DNA of 64,000 bases from a virus, in the IMG/VR virus record IMGVR_UViG_3300008108_002889, positions 45,141 to 109,140 of that record. One strand, written 5' to 3'. Position 1 is the stretch's first letter, and the number at the start of each line of letters is the position of its first letter. A program made the translations under genes and the position numbers. Positions 57,801 to 64,000 of the stretch are shown here, in pieces. The notes under the pieces were generated by a model. That model saw nothing but the letters and a program-made list of their open reading frames with translations, was not told the origin of the DNA and searched no databases.

Positions 57801-58374
57801 AGTCATAGGCTACGCTGTCGTAGAGATCTGTATCAAAAGGACCGTTACCTGATTTAGCAGGAATCTGTAGCAACGGCTGTATAAAACCTGTTATTCTGCC
57901 ACTGCTGGTCATTAATAGACCTGGAGGAAGTTCTCCTTCTCCGCTGGCTATAAAATAATTTAATTTTTGTCCAACAGCAGTATCGGTATCAGACGCACCT
58001 AATTGAAAATCAATATAACTTGTTTCTAGAACAAAATATGCGTTATTTGAGCCGACTGGTAATGGGCCCGACGGTGATATCCATTGAGGCTCATCTGCTC
58101 CTGCAACCGTCATGTAAAAAGTTCTATCGCTTATTCCGGATGTAGCAGTGGCTCTTATTACAAATTTAAATTCAGTAGTACGAGGAACTTCGTAGGGTGT
58201 TCCTACTATTTTATATCCAGAGATTCTTAACCCGGGGGGAAGTTTGCCCGCAATTACAGAAAATGTAACTCCGGGCGTATTATTAGTGGGTAAATTTATG
58301 TCTACAGTTTCGCGTTCTTGTCGAATACCAAAACTGTAGCCAGAATCTTGAATCCAAATAGATAATGCCATCAT
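54838..58374 (-). CDS. Putative baseplate/structural protein with Ig-like (G.LPPGL) repeats
   Basis: Four G.LP.G(L/M) Ig-like motifs; late-type promoter. Confidence 0.6.
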   Translation of the reverse strand: MMALSIWIQDSGYSFGIRQERETVDINLPTNNTPGVTFSVIAGKLPPGLRISGYKIVGTPYEVPRTTEFKFVIRATATSGISDRTFYMTVAGADEPQWISPSGPLPVGSNNAYFVLETSYIDFQLGASDTDTAVGQKLNYFIASGEGELPPGLLMTSSGRITGFIQPLLQIPAKSGNGPFDTDLYDSVAYDFGFRPSNGYDSFVYDSTVFDFFVPTTKPRKLNRNYEFIATITDGDTVNKRKYRIFVVGDDFFRADNTITSSGSGTFTADVTYVRTPIFTTPANLGIRRANNYQTFKIDIFEGFTDLGPINFSYCDVNARISGIVRKESASDNRQGLNFIRFERASDVPKIGQFVSFAGDFPGATGKTYDIIGVDTVGGDTYRITVIPNLDMSIPDSTAIYIGDKSKLPPGMSFDGNTGEVFGVVPYQSAVTREFNFTIKATRFGQSSETASSRRLFTVKILGEVESVMTWNSPSSLGSINAGYVSDLFVHATSTFSPQILYRVTSGKLPAGLSLNFDGEIVGKVNEVNDQVIYKSYWKPSKNYAVGDVVKQDNTAEIRSIIRRKNIATVVTTTDHNFKNGALTKVITDTDSFNFYDSVKINLDPVKVLSVIDKEQTGSIWRVKFDIVDQNLMPLAPVFTLAEGNAISTSSFVWPVVSASSTSGTGTGAVFRVEKVSNLINPIYRGVTTIKLIDPGVGYKPGDSITVSGSQLGGVDGLHDLTFVTSSGLEFYYEIRGQSTSTYNGRWLALSSTIDSLTLGYPNDPGFFGSGIIGVSVGIASFEGQTQVLPLNYFSYENKGRTTTMAKAIGSATASPSYYKSNEAHNSGLSFDPIKWDLYEFPVTDLSLTAIDGNTFILDGAKNTTTFDREYTFTVEAADPLRFSAVEKTFTLTVETPNDVNYSNITVKPFLKPNQRELFKSFMNNVNIFDQKYIYRPYDKSYGIQKDLRMLVYAGIETRLAAEYISAMGKNHKAKRFRFGEIKSAVAKTTGTNDIVYEVVYIEMIDTLEKNGKTLPLLLKLQDNNRLVTVDQNNQFYDGPQELDTQFWNRPIPFNSTIDRTDVYVGDPETTFRFPSSISLWRYRIRNMPNTKSERNYLPLWMRSIQPGSATELNYTAAVPLCFCLPGKSAEILLNIKNSNFDPKILDYTVDRYIIDSVDGAYDTDKYLVFRNDRTTLT

Positions 58375-58411
58375 AGCTCCGTTTTATGTATTTACCTAAA
58401 AATGGAACTAT
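58373..58411 (-). promoter_or_regulatory. RBS-sequestering hairpin with TAAATA promoter in its loop
   Basis: ATAGTTCCATTTT-TAGGTAAATACAT-AAAACGGAGCTAT(G). Confidence 0.65.
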
Positions 58412-58414
58412 AAT

Positions 58415-61249
58415 TTATCGGAACCTACGTATTCGACTCCTTGGCCATGCAGCTCCTGTAGTAGGTCTAGCGCCCACCGCCTGTTTAGGTACCATTGTTC
58501 CTGTGTCTAAACGTTCTCTTTTATAATACAAGAACTTATTAGGTGCACCTTGTAAATCTGTAGTATCTGCAGGGCCACCATTAGTAGCAGTAATCTGACC
58601 ATTTTTAGCTACACTTAATATATACTCTTTGGCTTGTGTTTGATTCCAAAAAGGATTGTTTTCCAGAGCACAGGCTAACACACCGCAGACCTGCGGGCTG
58701 GCCATACTAGTTCCACTAAATTTTCCTAGATAGTAAGTAGTACCCGAACTTCTAGAATCACTTACTCCGCTGGTCAGTGAGCTGATAATATTAGTGCCCG
58801 GTGCCCATATGTCTACACCAGGACCACAATCACTGTAAGATGCTTTGTAATCACCTGAGGTTACATCTATAGAACCAACACAGATATTTGGTATGTTATA
58901 ACCCTGGTCGCCAACTGGCCTTTGCGGATCAAATACGTCATTGGCTGTTGGACTAGTTCCTCTCATGTAATAGTAAGGTTCTGCAACACTACCTGGATAT
59001 CTAGTAGCCATTTCAAAAGTATTGTCCCAATCGGGATCACCAGGTAGGCAATGTTTCCAACGACCGTTACCGGCAGCACCGACATACATAATTCCTTCTT
59101 GGATAGCGTCTTCTATATCACTGTCTAGTGCAGCAACACGTTTAGGAATTCGTTGACCAGAAATAAATCCCCAAGTGTTCAACTGTTCTGTACTAAATCC
59201 TGTACCTGAACTCTTTGCTGCATTGCTGCCAATTTGTAGATCAATCTGATCTGGTGTAGCTTCGTAGAATACATATTCACAGACCATAGTAGGGCTACCG
59301 AGTGTTCCAGTAGTACCAGTTGATCCTTCCATACGTACTCTGTAAGTTCTTGATCCTGCTACTACATTTATAACACCAGTCATAACGTTATGGACTTGAC
59401 AAATGTAGTAAAGTGTAGAAGGAGCATCATTAGGCACTGTAAATGTTATAGTACCAGATTGAGTTCCGTTGTTAGTTACTCCCGTGCTATATGCGCTGCC
59501 AGTTCCGGTGACTTGGGCAGTTTTAATCCAAAAAGGATGACCGCTGGCGCTGACATTAAATGTATAGGTTCCGCCTCTTTCTAATGTCAATGTAGGATTA
59601 GCTGATGAGTTAATAGTATAAGAACTTGCTCCTGAATTAGTAACTGTGTACGTTGCTGTTTCAGCTCCTTCTACACCGTAGTAAATTCTCTGAACAGATC
59701 TATCGCCGCAGCACAACATTATTTTTGGTAAGTTTGGAGAAGATACACTGATACCAGAATATATAGTAGACCCGTCAGTAAATGTAAGATAAATAGTAGT
59801 TACACTAGCAGTTGCTGGAGTTGTTTCTGTAATAACTGTTACACTCATTGAAGTAGCATATGTTGGATTACTAGCGTCTTCTAGAACTATAGCTGACGTA
59901 AACTTTATAATATACTGCTCAAAGTTTGGCAACGAAATATTGAATTCTTCAATTAACGCTTCAACAGTTCCACCATTAGTTGTACTATAAGGACCGTCAC
60001 TGAATGTTGCTATAGGAACAGGATTAGCACCTTCATAAATTTCAATTCCGCTGGTTAGACTCATTGCTCCTGAAACTACGTCAATGGCAGTATTGTTGAG
60101 AATATTGATATCAGCTGGACCTTGAACAAACACTTGATACTCTGGATCAGGGCCAGTGGCTCCGACGAGCGTAATATATGCCTGCTGACCTTGCTGTAAC
60201 CAGGTTTCTGGAATTGAAAGGATACTACCGCCCGGTGGAGTATATGGACCAGTAGTGGTAATTCTATTACCATGATTTTCAAATCCGTTGAGCTGTGCTA
60301 GTCTAGCATTAGAAGTACAAACGCCGCTGACACCTAAAAAAGTCACAGCACCACTTGGCGTATATCGAGTTCCTCTATATGTTACGGCAGTTATGTCACC
60401 AAAAGACCACTCACTGGGGAAGATACTCATTCCCCAACTATTATTTGTTATTGTAGGATTTTTACGCCCTGTGGCAGGATTTATAGATTTAGTTTTGTGA
60501 AACTCTCTTACATAATCCATGACATAGGGAAAATTATTATTGCCTACTGCACCAGCATAATAATAAATGTTATAGATATTTGCTTCTCTAGCCCAACCTT
60601 GTGTGTTACCGGCAATTGTTCCAGAGACGTGTGTGGCATGATCCGAAATGCTGTATGAATAGTTACTAGCTGCCGATCCTTTTACAACAGGGTCATGCTG
60701 AAACCAGTTATATTGATTTGATCTATAACTACCAGTGCCGTCTGCGTTTACAGTATATTCTGGGTGACCAAAAATTATACCGTCACCGTCTACAACAACA
60801 ACATCAACATTTTTTCCTGTTGCAGGTAATTTAATTGTGCCAGTTTGATTGTTAGTACCATTACTACCCCAACCACCCCTGTCCTCGCCCTCGTAGCAAC
60901 GAAGGAGTCCCCAGTTAAGCATAGTGTTACCTGTACTAGAACTTTTATTCCAGTTGCTAGATGTTTGCTCTCGCAACACAGTTAAACCTGCACTAATACC
61001 TAGATATCTTGGATGAAGACAAACATTTCTTACTCGAGAATCTTTTCTTAATTCTAACGATTCCCATTCAGTAAGCCAATAGTGTGTATTTCTACTAGTG
61101 TCTCTTCTTTCTATAACTGCAACTGCTCGCTCGGGAACATATCCCTTGCCCCCTTGGTTTTCCATTTCATTGTAAAACTGATCTAAATCTTCGTGCTTAA
61201 AAAGAGTTACAATGTATTCTTTTTTAGCTGCATATTCTTTCATTGACAT
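58415..61249 (-). CDS. S8 subtilisin-like serine protease with inserted domains (including cupredoxin-like)
   Basis: VDVVVVD, HATHVSGTIAG, NNSWG, AAGN, VDIWAPG, GTSMASPQV. Confidence 0.88.
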   Translation of the reverse strand: MSMKEYAAKKEYIVTLFKHEDLDQFYNEMENQGGKGYVPERAVAVIERRDTSRNTHYWLTEWESLELRKDSRVRNVCLHPRYLGISAGLTVLREQTSSNWNKSSSTGNTMLNWGLLRCYEGEDRGGWGSNGTNNQTGTIKLPATGKNVDVVVVDGDGIIFGHPEYTVNADGTGSYRSNQYNWFQHDPVVKGSAASNYSYSISDHATHVSGTIAGNTQGWAREANIYNIYYYAGAVGNNNFPYVMDYVREFHKTKSINPATGRKNPTITNNSWGMSIFPSEWSFGDITAVTYRGTRYTPSGAVTFLGVSGVCTSNARLAQLNGFENHGNRITTTGPYTPPGGSILSIPETWLQQGQQAYITLVGATGPDPEYQVFVQGPADINILNNTAIDVVSGAMSLTSGIEIYEGANPVPIATFSDGPYSTTNGGTVEALIEEFNISLPNFEQYIIKFTSAIVLEDASNPTYATSMSVTVITETTPATASVTTIYLTFTDGSTIYSGISVSSPNLPKIMLCCGDRSVQRIYYGVEGAETATYTVTNSGASSYTINSSANPTLTLERGGTYTFNVSASGHPFWIKTAQVTGTGSAYSTGVTNNGTQSGTITFTVPNDAPSTLYYICQVHNVMTGVINVVAGSRTYRVRMEGSTGTTGTLGSPTMVCEYVFYEATPDQIDLQIGSNAAKSSGTGFSTEQLNTWGFISGQRIPKRVAALDSDIEDAIQEGIMYVGAAGNGRWKHCLPGDPDWDNTFEMATRYPGSVAEPYYYMRGTSPTANDVFDPQRPVGDQGYNIPNICVGSIDVTSGDYKASYSDCGPGVDIWAPGTNIISSLTSGVSDSRSSGTTYYLGKFSGTSMASPQVCGVLACALENNPFWNQTQAKEYILSVAKNGQITATNGGPADTTDLQGAPNKFLYYKRERLDTGTMVPKQAVGARPTTGAAWPRSRIRRFR

Positions 61250-61260
61250 ACTGCTAATCC

Positions 61261-63801
61261 TTATGTTCTTCTTATTTTAACTCTAGGGTAAGTTTGCCCG
61301 TCAGTAGGTCTTGCGCCTAATGCATAAGAAGGAAATACTGTTCCCTGTTCTGCCCTGTCCTTAAAATAATAAAGTATAAGGTTGTTTCCGTCCTGCAGTG
61401 ATGTTACATCATTGTAGCCATCATAGGTTTCAAACATTTTTCCAAAAGTTGCATGTGACAGCAGATATGTGTTAATTTGACTTTGAGTAAATGCAGGATA
61501 TTTTTCTAATACTAGTGCAAGATATCCAGTGACCTGTGCAGTGGCCATACTTGAACCATTGTACTTTTGATATGTAGAACCGTTCTCAACAACAGTCGTC
61601 GCTGAACTTGTGGGACCTGAATCACCAGATCCGTCATATACTCCGGAAATAACATTCATACCTGGAGCATAGATATCTACTCTGGGACCAGTATTACTGG
61701 CCTGCATCTTATATTCTGCACTTGAGCTAGATAGCGCACCTACGCATATAACATCAGGATGTGCTCCGGGTGTTGAACCTCTGTGATAATAATAAGGTAT
61801 TCCGTTATCTACAAAATAGTTGTCGTAGTCTTGTCCACCAGGTAGATCTATTTTGTGAGCATCGTTGCCTGCAGAACAGACAAATATAATTCCGTCAAGG
61901 ATAGCATCATCCATGTCTGCTTCAAAGGCAGCATTGCGCTGTGGAGAATTATTATAATTGATATTAACACCGTAGGATAATAATTGCTGAGTAGTGAATT
62001 CACCTCTATAGTTTGAATTTTGATCTATATGTAGGTCAACCGTAGCATTAGTTACACCACTGCCGCTGCCTGAGGATTCGTAGAACGTCATTTCCCAAAC
62101 TACTGTAGGAGCATCGTCTACACCACCATTGGCTGCATCGTGTCCTTCCCAACGCACTCTAAATGTTCTGTTTGGAGTTGTTCCGCTGGTTTGTGTGTAT
62201 ATTCTCTGGCAGCTTCTATCTCCAGCTGAAACATGTATTTTTCTAGCAGCAGGACCTTCTGCACCCACTGTTACAGTATAGCAGCCGGCAGCACTACCAC
62301 CAAATAGTACAAAACTGTTTGAACTAATCCATATAGTACCTAGGTTAGGATCAGCACCAATTTGAGATGGGCCGTATGTAGTACCTAAATAGGAAATGTC
62401 AAACGGCAACGAAATTTGCCAAGCAGCATCGTCGTATTCGTCTACGCCAGTTGGGCTTGATCCAGTAGGAGCTCCTACTAAAGTCATGCCTGTTCTACCT
62501 AGTATATTCTTTGCTAATGTGTCCACTGTAGCACTTCCTGACACAGTGGCAATTCTATTACCGCCATTTACTATTGATTGAAGTGTAGCTAATCTTGCAG
62601 TAGCACTACATACTCCAGAATACCCTGTGTCAACTTCTGGGTTTCCGAGGCTTTGTGGAGTTATTGTCTGACCTTGGTATCTAATTTCACTAAATCTAGA
62701 TTTTATGTTACCTGTGTAAGGATTATTTTTTCCAATAATTCTAGTACCTAACCCCCAGCTACAATTTACTATTGTAGGATTGCTGTTGCCTTTGTTGTTA
62801 TGCCATGCACGAAGGTAGTCAATAACATAACCTAGGGGAGTATATTGATTAGCTGATGAAGGATTTAAGTCATAGTTTGCAGTATCATGTCTTAAATTAA
62901 ATAGGTTAGCATCTTTGGCCCATCCTTGATTTTCACCTGCTATGATACCGGCCACGTGAGTAGCATGATTATTTGCGCCAGTGTAGCTGTCTCCGGGTGT
63001 GGTTGTATAATATTTGTACTTACCAACCCATGTACCTGTAGCAGATTTAGTATTTTCTTGTGATCCAGTATTGGCATATCTAAACTTATCAACAATACCA
63101 CCGTTGATACTAGCTGACACAGCAGTTATTGCAACATCTGTGGCATTATAAGTTGCGTCACTGGTACAGGTAACGGTGACAATCATTCCAACTGCAAGAC
63201 TGTGTGCTCCGTTGGTAGTTACTGTGGCTCTATTGCTACTGTCTCTTTCAACGTTAGTAATGCTAACTGCTGCACCACGAACCGCAGCATCATGATTGGC
63301 ATACCAATCATACTGTGTAAGTTTTCCATTGATTTCAAAATGTGTTGGATATGCAATGTCGTCTAATACAACAACATCAACATCAAGTCCAGTTTCGGTA
63401 AAATTAACACTGGCTGTTTTTTCTGTTAGTGAAGTTTCAGAACCCCAGTTTTCTGGATTAGTTCTTAAAACAGATCTATATAAACCCCAGTTACGTTGTC
63501 CAATAGTAGGTTCAGTTGCTCGACTAAATGTACCTGTTTGCACAGCATGGAGTTCGTTGACTAGATTAGTTTCTTGTATATCTAGCTCAACACCCTGTAC
63601 TCGAGGGTCTTGTCTTAATATTTCTGCTTCAGCATTAGTTAAACGATAGTGAGTGTTTCGACTTATATTTCTTTTATGAACGCATTCAACAGATCTAGAA
63701 GGGGCAAATTCAAATTGCCCTTCTGTTTCCATGTCTTGGTAGAATTGTTCTAAATCACTCTTATTTTTAAGAGTGACCACATAATGTCTGTAAATTGCCA
63801 T
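61261..63801 (-). CDS. S8 subtilisin-like serine protease (paralog)
   Basis: VDVVVLD, HATHVAGIIAG, NCSWG, SAGN, VDIYAPG, GSSMATAQV. Confidence 0.88.
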   Translation of the reverse strand: MAIYRHYVVTLKNKSDLEQFYQDMETEGQFEFAPSRSVECVHKRNISRNTHYRLTNAEAEILRQDPRVQGVELDIQETNLVNELHAVQTGTFSRATEPTIGQRNWGLYRSVLRTNPENWGSETSLTEKTASVNFTETGLDVDVVVLDDIAYPTHFEINGKLTQYDWYANHDAAVRGAAVSITNVERDSSNRATVTTNGAHSLAVGMIVTVTCTSDATYNATDVAITAVSASINGGIVDKFRYANTGSQENTKSATGTWVGKYKYYTTTPGDSYTGANNHATHVAGIIAGENQGWAKDANLFNLRHDTANYDLNPSSANQYTPLGYVIDYLRAWHNNKGNSNPTIVNCSWGLGTRIIGKNNPYTGNIKSRFSEIRYQGQTITPQSLGNPEVDTGYSGVCSATARLATLQSIVNGGNRIATVSGSATVDTLAKNILGRTGMTLVGAPTGSSPTGVDEYDDAAWQISLPFDISYLGTTYGPSQIGADPNLGTIWISSNSFVLFGGSAAGCYTVTVGAEGPAARKIHVSAGDRSCQRIYTQTSGTTPNRTFRVRWEGHDAANGGVDDAPTVVWEMTFYESSGSGSGVTNATVDLHIDQNSNYRGEFTTQQLLSYGVNINYNNSPQRNAAFEADMDDAILDGIIFVCSAGNDAHKIDLPGGQDYDNYFVDNGIPYYYHRGSTPGAHPDVICVGALSSSSAEYKMQASNTGPRVDIYAPGMNVISGVYDGSGDSGPTSSATTVVENGSTYQKYNGSSMATAQVTGYLALVLEKYPAFTQSQINTYLLSHATFGKMFETYDGYNDVTSLQDGNNLILYYFKDRAEQGTVFPSYALGARPTDGQTYPRVKIRRT

Positions 63802-63802
63802 A

Positions 63803-64000
63803 TCATACTTCTAATTGTAATAATGTAAGTGTTACAGTAATAGTTGCAGTTGATCCACTCTTATTAGTTACTCTTACAGGAATATCTGTTGTTACTGGAT
63901 CATCGTCGTTAAATCCTATTGTTGCAGGACTAATTAAAATAGTTTCAGCACCTGTGGTAATAATTTCTGCAATAACACCAGCACCAGGACTTGGATCAAC
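63803..64000 (-). CDS. C-terminus of a probable structural protein (5' end outside window)
   Basis: Open frame ...DPSPGAGVIAEIIT...TITVTLTLLQLEV*. Confidence 0.7.
   Translation of the reverse strand, partial: VDPSPGAGVIAEIITTGAETILISPATIGFNDDDPVTTDIPVRVTNKSGSTATITVTLTLLQLEV

Noticed and set aside
5129-63649. Many short opposite-strand or nested ORFs in the ORF track
   Set aside because: They are shadows of longer motif-bearing genes, without RBS or recognisable motifs.
1-64000. tRNA genes, introns/inteins, integrase or transposase
   Set aside because: No cloverleaf/T-loop signatures seen in the short intergenic gaps; polB, thyX, clpA and phoH have ordinary lengths; no mobile-element motifs recognised. 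Not confirmed with tRNAscan.

Overview
A 64-kb segment of a large lytic dsDNA (jumbo, T4-superfamily-like) phage, standard genetic code, probably with a Gram-negative host (spanin pair, consensus sigma70 promoters). Left to right: (1) a + strand modification operon (amidinotransferase, 2OG-Fe(II) oxygenase-like, GT-like, SGNH-like, a 1622-aa protein of 14 degenerate GT-A-like repeats plus one intact domain, and a single-domain paralog); (2) a long - strand block with thyX, MoxR-AAA/vWA, RNase H, a 7-deazaguanine cluster (queE, folE, QueD-like, a broken TGT/DpdA-like gene, PRTase, GT-B, UDP-sugar dehydrogenase-like), a clamp and PolB; (3) putative head-cargo genes including Dps, a LysM protein and a nucleotidyltransferase; (4) clpA/def/dnaJ, a lysis cassette, phoH, dCMP deaminase, ferredoxin, clamp loader, GroES and a DnaE fragment; (5) structural genes and two tandem S8 subtilases. 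The top finding is a ~95-nt structured intergenic element (34747-34839) whose - strand transcript is complementary to several universally conserved rRNA sites (23S helix 69-71, 16S h18/530 region, possibly the anti-SD), a candidate ribosome-targeting phage RNA. Also found: RBS-sequestering hairpins containing TAAATA late promoters, leaderless sigma70 transcripts and a twin-hairpin polB operator candidate. All family assignments come from motif recognition; no database search was run.
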